A DNA stretch of 40,150 bases, from the NCBI GenBank assembly GCA_964430965.1, contig CAYSHU010000001.1:1-40150 (forward strand). Direction: 5' to 3'. Below the pieces are notes generated by a model. That model saw only the letters and a program-made list of their open reading frames with translations. It made no database searches and was not told the origin of the DNA. Within the stretch, counting starts at the first letter, position 1; every line of letters begins with the position of its first letter. Below are positions 1 to 8,580 of this stretch, piece after piece. The translations under genes and the position numbers were made by a program. This stretch comes from an uncultured Ruminococcus sp. Its GTDB lineage: Bacteria; Bacillota; Clostridia; Oscillospirales; Ruminococcaceae.

Positions 1-64
1 CTGCAGAGCGAGCGCAGCGAGCGGAGCAGCGGTGAGGGAATTTTGAAATTTAAATTTAAATAAG
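1..64. repeat. Right end of a dispersed structured element (second copy at 20040-20173), truncated by the window edge
   Basis: 30-64 CGGTGAGGGAATTTTGAAATTTAAATTTAAATAAG matches 20139-20173 with one mismatch; both copies abut the RBS of the next gene. Confidence 0.75.
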
Positions 65-73
65 AGGATTTTT

Positions 74-700
74 ATGGACAAGATTATTCAACTTCCGCTT
101 GGCGCTCTTGCCACGAATTGCTATATAATCCCCGCGGACGACGGGCAGGCTATCGTTGTCGATCCCGCCTCTACGGGGGAGGTTCTGGCTATTCTGGAAA
201 CGAACGATATGGAGCTTGGCGCGATAATCATAACGCACGGGCACTATGACCACTTTGCGGGGGCATCGGCGCTTAAGGAACGGACAGGCGCGCCGATTTA
301 CGCGCCGGAGCTCGACAGCGAAATGTACGCGAGCTCCGACAAAAGCTGGGCTTGGTTTATGCAGGGCTCGCCGTTCGCGCCAATCGCGCCGGACTATCTG
401 TTCGGCGACGGCGAGGAGCTTGAGATCTGCGGCGTGGAATTCCTTGCGTTAAACGCCCCCGGGCACACCGCGGGAAGCTGCCTTCTCATCTGCGACAAAT
501 GGGACTGCATTTTCGCGGGGGACGTTATATTCAGAGGCAGCGTCGGCAGAACGGACGGCTATTCGGGGAGCTCGGCGCGGGCGGAGCAGACAATGCAAAA
601 AATCCGCGGGATAGAGCACAACTACAAGCTCTATTGCGGACACGGCGACTCCACGGACATTGAAACGGAAAAGCGCATAAACCCATATTTGCGGGGCTAA
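74..700 (+). CDS. MBL-fold metallo-hydrolase (glyoxalase II-like)
   Basis: THGHYDH (HxHxDH), PGHT, GDVIF...GRTD and CGHG motifs; RBS AGAGG upstream. Confidence 0.9.
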   Translation: MDKIIQLPLGALATNCYIIPADDGQAIVVDPASTGEVLAILETNDMELGAIIITHGHYDHFAGASALKERTGAPIYAPELDSEMYASSDKSWAWFMQGSPFAPIAPDYLFGDGEELEICGVEFLALNAPGHTAGSCLLICDKWDCIFAGDVIFRGSVGRTDGYSGSSARAEQTMQKIRGIEHNYKLYCGHGDSTDIETEKRINPYLRG

Positions 701-776
701 TCAGCAAAAATTGCATATAGTCAGCCGTTAAAATCAACAGTTTTTTGGCTGAAGTCACAAAATCATTGTAATTCCC

Positions 777-805
777 TTGACTTTATGCGAGGAATTTGCT
801 AAAAT
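777..805 (+). promoter_or_regulatory. Putative sigma-A promoter
   Basis: TTGACT-N17-TAAAAT with extended TG. Confidence 0.55.
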
Positions 806-851
806 ATTCATTAAAGAAAGCTATTTTCAAGAATATATGGAGGTATTTGTT

Positions 852-1166
852 ATGGATTCTAACGAGAAGGTATTTGGTGTTCTGGCATATTTCGGGCTGC
901 TGTGGATCGTTCCGCTGGCTGCGGGCAAGACGCCGTTTTCTAAGTTCCACGCAAACCAAGGGCTTGTGCTGTTTTTGATCGAGGTCATCGGCGGTATTGT
1001 AATCGGCATCGGCTCGCTTCTCCCGTTCATCAGAATTGTGTTTATGATTGTGGGCGGTCTGTTTGAAATGGCGTGCCTCGCGGCGGCGATTTACGGCATT
1101 GTAATCGCGGCAAGCGGCGAAACAAAGGAGATTCCCGTTATCGGCGCGATCAAGATCATCAAGTAA
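852..1166 (+). CDS. Small membrane protein, DUF4870-like
   Basis: LAYFGLLWIVP...KFHANQGL...IPVIG pattern, three hydrophobic segments; GGAGG RBS before ATG 852. Confidence 0.8.
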   Translation: MDSNEKVFGVLAYFGLLWIVPLAAGKTPFSKFHANQGLVLFLIEVIGGIVIGIGSLLPFIRIVFMIVGGLFEMACLAAAIYGIVIAASGETKEIPVIGAIKIIK

Positions 1167-1183
1167 GCTAAGACGCAAAAACC

Positions 1184-1212
1184 AAAGCCGAGGGCGCAAG
1201 CTCTCGGCTTTT
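1184..1212. terminator. Bidirectional intrinsic terminator
   Basis: AAAGCCGAGGGC-GCAA-GCTCTCGGCTTT hairpin between convergent genes. Confidence 0.8.
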
Positions 1213-1217
1213 CTTTA

Positions 1218-2546
1218 TCAGTATTGATATTTCCTGCGCTTGGCAATAAGGAAAATTATCGTCAATGCGCAGGACAAAAACTCGGCTACGGGGACGGAGA
1301 TAAAAATTCCGTCGCTGCCCCGGAACAGCGGGAGGATAAGCACGGCGGAAATTTGGAACACGAGCGTCCTCAAAAACGAGATCAGCGCCGAAATTGCGCC
1401 GTTGTTAAGCGCCGTGAAGAACGACGAGCCGAAAATGTTTATACCCGCGAACGTGAACAAAATCGCGAAAATGCGAAAGCCGCGCGTCGTGAACTCGCGA
1501 AGCTCGGGATTGCCGCGGATAAAAATCCCCGCGAGAAAATCCGCGGAAAGCTGCGACACGATGACCATAAGCACCGAGGTGACGAGGATTATGCGAATAC
1601 TCTTGCGGCGGAGGTTCCTGAGCTCCGCGTGGTTTTTCGCGCCGAAGTTGTACCCGACAATAGGCGCGGCGCCGACGCTGTAGCCGATGAAGATCGCGAG
1701 GAACACGAGGTTGACGTACATCATCACTCCGTAGGCCGCCACGCCCCCCTCGCCCGCGTATTTAATCAACTGATAGTTGTACAGCATATTCACGATTGAC
1801 ATCGAGCCTTGCGCGACGAATTCCGACGAGCCGTTAGAGCAGGTCTTGCCGAGGGCGCGAATATCAAGCCTTGTTTTGCCGAGCCTCAGAAGGCTGGTGT
1901 TTTTGCGGAAGAAATAGACGAGCGGGATAGTCCCGCCGACGATTTGGCTTATCGCCGTAGCCGCCGCTGCTCCGACAATTCCCCACTTGAAAACCGCCAT
2001 AAAAAGCGCGTCCAAAATCATATTTATCACGCCCGCGGCGACAGTGGTCACAAGCCCGAGCTTCGAGCGCTCGGCGGTGATAAACAGGGCTTGGAACTCC
2101 TGTTGGAGCATAAACATCGGAAGCACCGAAACGACTATTCTGCCGTAAATCGTGCCCGTTTCGAGCATCTCCCCGCTCGCCCCGAGTGCTGCCGCGACGC
2201 TTCTCATAAAGATAAATCCGAGAGCCGCAAGCACAACGCCCACGCCAAACGACGTGTACACGATAAGCGAGAAGATGCGGTTTGCCTTATCGCGGTCGCC
2301 CTCGCCGAGGGTTTTTGATACTAACGCGCTGCCTCCCGCGCCGAACATAAAGCCTACCGAGCCCAGGATCATCAGCACGGGCATTATGAAATTCACCGCC
2401 GTGAACGCCGTTTCCCCGACGATGTTTGACACGAAAATGCCGTCCACAATTCCGTAAACCGACGTGAAGATCATCATTGCGATTGACGGGATCGTAAACA
2501 GAAACAGCTTTTTAAACGTAAAATGCTCGGATAATGAAATATTCAT
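1218..2546 (-). CDS. MATE family efflux transporter
   Basis: About 12 TM helices, SVYGIVDGIFVSN, GIVGAAAATAISQ, PIVGYNFGAKN; start placed at ATG 2546 after GGAG. Confidence 0.9.
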   Translation of the reverse strand: MNISLSEHFTFKKLFLFTIPSIAMMIFTSVYGIVDGIFVSNIVGETAFTAVNFIMPVLMILGSVGFMFGAGGSALVSKTLGEGDRDKANRIFSLIVYTSFGVGVVLAALGFIFMRSVAAALGASGEMLETGTIYGRIVVSVLPMFMLQQEFQALFITAERSKLGLVTTVAAGVINMILDALFMAVFKWGIVGAAAATAISQIVGGTIPLVYFFRKNTSLLRLGKTRLDIRALGKTCSNGSSEFVAQGSMSIVNMLYNYQLIKYAGEGGVAAYGVMMYVNLVFLAIFIGYSVGAAPIVGYNFGAKNHAELRNLRRKSIRIILVTSVLMVIVSQLSADFLAGIFIRGNPELREFTTRGFRIFAILFTFAGINIFGSSFFTALNNGAISALISFLRTLVFQISAVLILPLFRGSDGIFISVPVAEFLSCALTIIFLIAKRRKYQY

Positions 2547-2562
2547 TTTTGCTCCCAAATTA

Positions 2563-2994
2563 TTACAATATTTCGGTTTCTTTTTTGAAATCGGCGAGAT
2601 AACGCTCCGTAAGACGGAGATATTCGGCGCGGTCACGGTCGCTCCAGCCCGCGAATACGCGGTTTTCCGCCTCAACGACCTTGGCGGCGGTCTTCGCCGC
2701 AAGGCGGCTCCCCTTCGCCGTAAGGGAGAGCCGCTTTTTCTTGCCGTCGACCGCCTCCAGCTTGACGATCCCGTCCGTCTCCAGCTTTCGCAAAGCCGAA
2801 TTCACAGTCTGCTTCGACACACCCGTAAGATGGCACACCTCGCTTATCCCGCACCGCCCCTCGCAGCACAGCGCGTACAACACCGCAAACGCGCTGTCCG
2901 ACAGCCCGAGCTTCAGCGTTGCCGCGTGATACAGCTTGTCGATCTCACCGACAAGATAGTTGAACCTGCGCAGGTCCTTTAAGGCTTTTTCCAT
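2563..2994 (-). CDS. MarR family transcriptional regulator
   Basis: Winged-HTH SKQTVNSALRKLE...LTAKG; GGAGG RBS before ATG 2994; directly upstream of MATE. Confidence 0.88.
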   Translation of the reverse strand: MEKALKDLRRFNYLVGEIDKLYHAATLKLGLSDSAFAVLYALCCEGRCGISEVCHLTGVSKQTVNSALRKLETDGIVKLEAVDGKKKRLSLTAKGSRLAAKTAAKVVEAENRVFAGWSDRDRAEYLRLTERYLADFKKETEIL

Positions 2995-3036
2995 AAATGC
3001 CTCCGTTTCTCGGTTTTCCCGCTCGTTGGAAATGGT

Positions 3037-3083
3037 ATGAAATCGTACTATTATATTATAGTACGATTTCATGCATTTGTCAA
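3037..3083 (-). promoter_or_regulatory. Sigma-A promoter of marR-MATE overlapped by a 15-bp-arm operator palindrome
   Basis: Minus strand TTGACA(3083-3078)-N17-TATAAT(3060-3055); perfect inverted repeat ATGAAATCGTACTAT-N6-ATAGTACGATTTCAT at 3037-3072. Confidence 0.85.
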
Positions 3084-3121
3084 GAGCATAAATATTTTTT
3101 TATATTATTTACAAAATGTGC

Positions 3122-3150
3122 TTGATTTTAGCGGTAAAATAAGGTATAAT
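3122..3150 (+). promoter_or_regulatory. Putative sigma-A promoter of the glycosyltransferase
   Basis: TTGATT-N17-TATAAT. Confidence 0.55.
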
Positions 3151-3250
3151 AATAAAAGACCGGAATTTTTCGCTCCCTGCGGGGAGAAGAATGAATTGTA
3201 ATACATATAAAAGCGACACCTGACATTATCGCAAAAATTTTAGAAAGGGC

Positions 3251-4780
3251 GTGGTAATTCTGGGCTCGGAAAAGCTGAATATATGCCTGATGAACGATTC
3301 GTTCCCGCCGATAATCGACGGCGTGGCGAACGCTGTGATAAATTACGCGAACGTTATAAATGAGAGCCACGGGAAAGCGACCGTTGTCACGCCGCTTTAT
3401 CCGGGTGTCAAGGACGACTATGGGTTTGAGGTCGTGCGGTATCGCTCTATGCCGATAACCGTCAAGCTCTGCGGGTATCGAATGGGCTATCCGTTTTCTT
3501 CGAGCGCGCTGGACAAGCTCGTGGCGGACGAGTTCGACATAATCCACTCGCATTGCCCGTTTGCTTCAACATTTATGGCGCGGGTGCTCCGCGAGAAAAC
3601 CAACATCCCGATAGTTATGACCTATCACACGAAGTTTGACATTGATATCAGGCGCGACATCAGAAACGAGGCGCTGGCTAATCAGATCATAAAAATCGTC
3701 GCGGAGAACATCTCGGCGTGCGACGAGGTCTGGACGGTGAGCCGCGGCGCGGGGGAAAATCTCCGAAGCCTCGGCTATGAGGGGGATTATGTCGTTATGC
3801 AAAACGGCGTGGATTTCCCAAAGGGCCGTGCCGACGCGGAGGACGCGCGGGAGCTGCGGCATTATTACGGCGTTCCCGATGACACGGTGCTGTTCTTGTT
3901 TGTCGGGCGCTTGGTCTGGTATAAGGGAATTCGGCTGATATTAGACTCCCTGAAGCGGATAGCGGCTAAAGGGCAAAAATTCAATATGATGTTCGTCGGC
4001 GATGGGCTCGACAGAAAAGAGATAGAGGACTACGCCGAGGAGCTGGGGCTTGCGGACAAGTGCATTTTCACGGGCGCGGTGTCCGACAGAGAGGACCTGC
4101 GCGTTCACTACACGGCGGGCGAGCTTTTCCTGTTCCCGTCGGAATACGATACAAACGGCATTGTGGTGCGCGAGGCGGCGGCGTGCGGCGTGGCTTCTAT
4201 GCTGATCAGAAACAGCTGCGCGGCGGAGGGCATCACGGACGGCTTCACGGGAATTTTAACGGACGCGAGCGTTGAGGCTGTCGCCAATACAATGGAGCTT
4301 GCGATAGCCAACCGCGCCAAGCTCCGCGAAATCGGCGAGAACGCGATGAACGAGGTCTACGTTTCGTGGGAGGACGCGATAAACCACGCCTACGAGCGCT
4401 ACTTTGCCGTCCGCGAGAGGTGCATGAGCGGCCGCTCACAGCGGCGCGAGAATTTTCTTGTGAACAGCCTGTTCAAGACGGTTGACGAAATTACCTCGGC
4501 GGTTCAGCAATTCCGAAAGCTGCCGACGAGCATAAGGGTCACGAGCGGGAGGGTCAGAATGGCGTGGTCAAAAAAGCTGAAGAAAATCGCCCCGACGCTT
4601 ATGGCGCAGGCTCTGCCCGAGGGCTTTACGGAGCGCGACATCAGAATTGAAAGCTCGGTCTGCACGGGCGAAACGCTGATAGGCTTCTTCAATCGCTCCG
4701 AAAACAAGCTCGCCTACGCGGAGCTTGTGGAAACGGAGGCGGACGTGGATAGGTTTTACAGGAAATACGGACTGAAGTAA
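3251..4780 (+). CDS. GT-B family 4 glycosyltransferase (diacylglycerol glucosyltransferase-like) with C-terminal extension
   Basis: DSFPPIIDGV, HSHCPF, TYHTKF, FVGRLVWYKG, FPSEYDTNGIVVREAAA (D/E-x7-E) motifs. Confidence 0.88.
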   Translation: MVILGSEKLNICLMNDSFPPIIDGVANAVINYANVINESHGKATVVTPLYPGVKDDYGFEVVRYRSMPITVKLCGYRMGYPFSSSALDKLVADEFDIIHSHCPFASTFMARVLREKTNIPIVMTYHTKFDIDIRRDIRNEALANQIIKIVAENISACDEVWTVSRGAGENLRSLGYEGDYVVMQNGVDFPKGRADAEDARELRHYYGVPDDTVLFLFVGRLVWYKGIRLILDSLKRIAAKGQKFNMMFVGDGLDRKEIEDYAEELGLADKCIFTGAVSDREDLRVHYTAGELFLFPSEYDTNGIVVREAAACGVASMLIRNSCAAEGITDGFTGILTDASVEAVANTMELAIANRAKLREIGENAMNEVYVSWEDAINHAYERYFAVRERCMSGRSQRRENFLVNSLFKTVDEITSAVQQFRKLPTSIRVTSGRVRMAWSKKLKKIAPTLMAQALPEGFTERDIRIESSVCTGETLIGFFNRSENKLAYAELVETEADVDRFYRKYGLK

Positions 4781-4803
4781 ACAAAGTAAAATGTATAATG
4801 GAC

Positions 4804-4833
4804 AATTCCCCTGCTGAAAGGCGGGGGATTTTT
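4804..4833 (+). terminator. Intrinsic terminator
   Basis: AATTCCCCTGCT-GAA-AGGCGGGGGATT hairpin followed by a T run. Confidence 0.7.
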
Positions 4834-4923
4834 GCGCCACGGGAAACGCGCCAAATTGCGCCGTGCGAATTTGTTAAAAATTCACAAAAAACTCCCGAAT
4901 AAAATAATCGGCGGAATGAATAC

Positions 4924-4952
4924 TTGAAAAAAATCTCGCGATGTTGTATAAT
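4924..4952 (+). promoter_or_regulatory. Putative sigma-A promoter
   Basis: TTGAAA-N17-TATAAT upstream of GGAGG RBS and ATG 4984. Confidence 0.6.
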
Positions 4953-4983
4953 AAATATGTATAACATTGCGGAGGCAAGGACA

Positions 4984-6162
4984 ATGGACGTTTATATTAC
5001 AAGACAGCCTATTTTCGACCGAAGCGGAGCGCTTTTCGGTTATGTGATGCCCTATCGCGAAAACGATGCGGGCACGGGCAAGGCTCTGCTTGAGGCAGAC
5101 CCCGAAAGCATTGTCGGGACGGCGCGGGCGTTTGTGTTTTTCGATTTCGATAAGGTGCTGTACGGAATCCCTCGGAAGATGTCTCCCGAGACGCTTGTCG
5201 CGCTTATCAGCGCGAATATGCCGTCGCATATCGAGATAATCAACCAGCTTGGGATCATGAAGTCCGGCGGGTATCTTGTCGCGCTGCAGGATATTGAAAA
5301 TGTCGAAGATGTTGAGGAGCTTGATGATAACGAGCTGTTTAAGCTCTGCGATATCGCCGTTATTGATGTAAACGCGGAGAACTTCGCCGAAGTCGTGAAA
5401 AAGTGCGCGGCGCTCAATAAGCAGATACTCGCGAAAAACGCTGAAACGGCGGAGCAGGCGGAGCGGGCGAAAAGCCTTGGGGCAAGCTATGTGCAGGGGT
5501 TTTTCTTCGCGAGGTTCGGCGAGGGCAGCAAGCGCGAGGTCCAGCCGCTGCCCGCAAATCTCGTGGAGGTTATGCGGCTTATGGCAGACCCCGAGCCCGA
5601 GATCCGCGATATTGTAGAGGTAATGTCCCGCGACACGGCGATGTGCCAGAAGATATTGAAGCTGATAAACTCCGTTTATTTCGGCGTGTCGAATTCCGTT
5701 TCATCGATAAACCAGGCGATTTTGATTCTGGGGTTGGATTATCTGCGCGAGTGGGTTTACCTTATGGGTATGCAAAAGCTCACGCAAAACGACAACACCG
5801 AAACGATAAAGCTGGCGCTGCTGCTCGCGAAATTCTGCCGAAGACTTGCCGAGCTTATCCCCGATGTTGAGGATAAGGGCGACACGTTTTATCTTATGGG
5901 CTTGCTCTCAATGCTCGTGTTCAGCGGGGAGAAATCGCTGGAAACGCAGCTTGACGAGTTTCCTCTGTCGGCGGATATAAAGCGCGGACTTCTGCGGCGC
6001 GGCGGCGTTTACAGCGACGTGCTGGAAATGGCGCTTGCCTTCGCGTCGGGAAACTGGGAGAGATTTGAGGCTCTCGCTGCGGTTTACAGCCTCGACCTTC
6101 CGGGAACGGGCGACAAGCTGACGGCGGCGCTTTGGGAAATCGGCGAGCTGGAGCTTAGCTGA
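4984..6162 (+). CDS. EAL-HDOD domain protein (YuxH/PdeH-like), EAL domain degenerate
   Basis: N-terminal YITRQPIFD and YVQGFFFAR; HDOD signature D..MCQKILKLINSVYFG...VSSINQAILILG. Confidence 0.82.
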   Translation: MDVYITRQPIFDRSGALFGYVMPYRENDAGTGKALLEADPESIVGTARAFVFFDFDKVLYGIPRKMSPETLVALISANMPSHIEIINQLGIMKSGGYLVALQDIENVEDVEELDDNELFKLCDIAVIDVNAENFAEVVKKCAALNKQILAKNAETAEQAERAKSLGASYVQGFFFARFGEGSKREVQPLPANLVEVMRLMADPEPEIRDIVEVMSRDTAMCQKILKLINSVYFGVSNSVSSINQAILILGLDYLREWVYLMGMQKLTQNDNTETIKLALLLAKFCRRLAELIPDVEDKGDTFYLMGLLSMLVFSGEKSLETQLDEFPLSADIKRGLLRRGGVYSDVLEMALAFASGNWERFEALAAVYSLDLPGTGDKLTAALWEIGELELS

Positions 6163-6174
6163 CAGGAGAATAAA

Positions 6175-7260
6175 ATGGCGTTTTTTGTTGACGATATCAA
6201 AACCGATTTGTGGGAATACCTGCAAGGCTGCGGGAAGAAAATCGTGCTTTACGGAATGGGCGACGGCGCGGAGAAAATCAAGGCCGTCCTCGACGAGTGC
6301 GGCGTTAGCGTGTCGGATATTATGGCTTCGGACGATTTCGTCCGCGGGCAGAGCTTTCTGGGCTATCGCGTTAAAAGGCTCTCGGAGATTGAAGCTGAAT
6401 ACGACAGCTTTATTATTCTCGTTTGCTTCGGCACACAAATCCCGGAGGTCGCGGAACATATTTACAAAATCGCCGAAACACACGAGCTCTACGCGCCGAA
6501 TGTTCCCGTTGTCGGCGAGGGTTTGTTTGATTTGGAGTACGCGAGGGCGAACAAGGCGGAGCTCGAAAAGGTGTACAAAATGCTTGCCGATGAGCAGTCG
6601 CGGAAGGTTTTCGAGTGCGTTATCCGTTATAAGCTGAGCGGGGATATTAAATATCTTAGAGAGTGCGAAACTCCCGCGGAGGAGAAGTTCGATCTTTTGA
6701 ACATCGGCACGGAGGAAACGGTTGTCGACCTCGGCGCTTACGACGGCGACACGCTTGTTGAATTCCTGAACGGCACTTCTATGCAGTTTAAAAAGCTCTA
6801 CGCAATGGAGCCCGACAACAGAAATTACCGCAAGCTGAAGCGCCGGCTGTATATGATAGGCTCGGCGCTTTTGGAGGCGTACAACGTCGGCGCTTGGGAC
6901 GAGGACACGACGATCACGTTCAATATGCGCGCGGGCAGAAGCAGCTCGGCGAGCGCGGGAAATCACGGGCGCGCCGCGCGTTATCGCGATATAAAGATGA
7001 TGAAAACGGACACGATGCTTCAAGGCGAGCCCGCGACATATATCAAAATGGACGTTGAGGGCGCGGAGGAAAACGCGATCAAGGGCGCGCGGGAAACGAT
7101 AACGGCGTTCAAGCCAAAGCTGAATATCGCGGTGTATCACCGCAATGAGGATATGTTCCGTTTGCCGCTTCTGATTGCGGAAATGAATAAAAAATACAAG
7201 TTCTACCTGCGGCATCATCCGTATATCCCGGATTGGGACACGAATTTGTATTGTATATAA
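6175..7260 (+). CDS. FkbM family methyltransferase
   Basis: VVDLGAYDGDT, EPD, YIKMDVEGAE, PKLNIAVYH motifs. Confidence 0.88.
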   Translation: MAFFVDDIKTDLWEYLQGCGKKIVLYGMGDGAEKIKAVLDECGVSVSDIMASDDFVRGQSFLGYRVKRLSEIEAEYDSFIILVCFGTQIPEVAEHIYKIAETHELYAPNVPVVGEGLFDLEYARANKAELEKVYKMLADEQSRKVFECVIRYKLSGDIKYLRECETPAEEKFDLLNIGTEETVVDLGAYDGDTLVEFLNGTSMQFKKLYAMEPDNRNYRKLKRRLYMIGSALLEAYNVGAWDEDTTITFNMRAGRSSSASAGNHGRAARYRDIKMMKTDTMLQGEPATYIKMDVEGAEENAIKGARETITAFKPKLNIAVYHRNEDMFRLPLLIAEMNKKYKFYLRHHPYIPDWDTNLYCI

Positions 7261-7270
7261 ATCAATTACT

Positions 7271-7309
7271 CATGTGGTTTTCCCCGCCGGAGGCGTGGAA
7301 AACCACATG
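7271..7309. repeat. REP-like palindrome, copy A
   Basis: CATGTGGTTTTCCCCGCC-GGA-GGCGTGGAAAACCACATG. Confidence 0.8.
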
Positions 7310-7329
7310 GAAAAAATAAGGGAGAAGCT

Positions 7330-8121
7330 ATGAAAGTAGTAATCGGTATTATAATCGCCGCGCTTGTGGCGGCAATCGCGGCGGTGTTTGTGCTGTTTGT
7401 ATTACAGTCGCACGACCTCGTGCTGTGCGGGGATATTCCCTCAAAAAGCGGAAACCAGCTTTACACGACAAGGGTGTACACCTACGACGTCGACGCGAAT
7501 TCCACGCTGACGCAGATAATCGACAAGATGAACGCCAACACCGAGGGAAACATCACCGCCGAGGAAATGGCGGAAATCCTGTCGCAGTATCAGACCGTCG
7601 TTTACGCGCCCGTGTTTACGTATACGCTGACGCAGGAGAGCGAGAACACCTATGTTCTTACCGGGAGCGTCTATAACGGAATTATGGATAACGGCGAGCC
7701 CGCGGAAAAGGGCGACACCGATTATATCTACAAAAACCTCACGCTGGCGGTCGGGGTCGCGGACGGGAAAATCCTCGCGGCGCAGAACATTTATCCCGAG
7801 GATATGTCCGATGAGATCGTCGCGGAGTTTGTCGAGCGCAAAAAGGTCATCGACCCCATTCTCGTAAGCGACCAGGAGGCGGCGTTCGCGTTCAAGGACT
7901 GCGACAGCTTCCGCGTGGTTTTCACGGGCAAGGAGGGAATTCCCGTCGAGCTGACCTTGGCGTACACGTTCGACGTGGGCTCGGAAAATCTCTTGAACTT
8001 CTCGGGCTCTAAGGGGAATGTTATGGGCGTGACGATAAAGGGCGAGTTTGACGATATGGGAAGGCTCGTGCCGACGATTGCGATGAACCGACGGGTAATT
8101 GAAATGGAAATCGTAAGCTGA
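7330..8121 (+). CDS. Hypothetical membrane-anchored acidic protein
   Basis: 263-aa ORF with GGGAG RBS, one N-terminal hydrophobic helix, followed by a terminator. Confidence 0.75.
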   Translation: MKVVIGIIIAALVAAIAAVFVLFVLQSHDLVLCGDIPSKSGNQLYTTRVYTYDVDANSTLTQIIDKMNANTEGNITAEEMAEILSQYQTVVYAPVFTYTLTQESENTYVLTGSVYNGIMDNGEPAEKGDTDYIYKNLTLAVGVADGKILAAQNIYPEDMSDEIVAEFVERKKVIDPILVSDQEAAFAFKDCDSFRVVFTGKEGIPVELTLAYTFDVGSENLLNFSGSKGNVMGVTIKGEFDDMGRLVPTIAMNRRVIEMEIVS

Positions 8122-8152
8122 AAAAACGCTCTCCGAAAGGAGAGCGTTTTTT
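8121..8152. terminator. Bidirectional intrinsic terminator
   Basis: AAAAAACGCTCTCC-GAAA-GGAGAGCGTTTTTT between convergent genes. Confidence 0.88.
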
Positions 8153-8175
8153 TATTTATAATGTAGAATTGACAA

Positions 8176-8580
8176 TTATAAAAGCGCGAGGTTTCCCGTC
8201 AGCTTGTTGATCTTCTTTTTATCTCCGCAAATCGCAAGCCCTATGTAGCTGAGCTCCGAGGTGTAGGACATCTTGTCGATGAACTCATCGTAGCTTCGGC
8301 AGCTTTGAGCGAGGTCGGTGAAGTCAACGACCGTGAGCTCGGCGAACTGCTGCTCGTATAATTCAAGCCGCAGCTTTCCAAGCTCGGCGCGGCTTGCTTT
8401 CAATATCGGCACGGGTATTCTTATCACTCCCGCGTGGGAGTTCCCCGCGCCGTCGCCGACCTCCGCGCCTATCACGTCCGGCACTTTCCCGCCGAGAGTT
8501 ATCCCAAGGACTGCCGCGGTGTTCGCCGCCTCGCCCGGCGGCAAGGCTTTGTCAATTATCATCACGCATTTTTCATTCAA
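8176..8580 (-). CDS. DUF2000 family protein
   Basis: KCVMIID..LP.G.AANTAAVLG, PVPILKA, YIGLAICGDKKKINKLTGNL; TTG start overlapping the araC stop. Confidence 0.82.
   Translation of the reverse strand: MNEKCVMIIDKALPPGEAANTAAVLGITLGGKVPDVIGAEVGDGAGNSHAGVIRIPVPILKASRAELGKLRLELYEQQFAELTVVDFTDLAQSCRSYDEFIDKMSYTSELSYIGLAICGDKKKINKLTGNLALL

Noticed and set aside
2547-2702. Extended N-terminus of the MATE ORF in the ORF track
   Set aside because: Overlaps marR; a better start with RBS exists at 2546
3166-3190. Eighth copy of the REP-like palindrome
   Set aside because: Only the right half (GCGGGGAGAA) resembles the family and the pairing is poor
5908-7218. 436-aa minus-strand ORF
   Set aside because: Antisense shadow of the FkbM and HDOD genes
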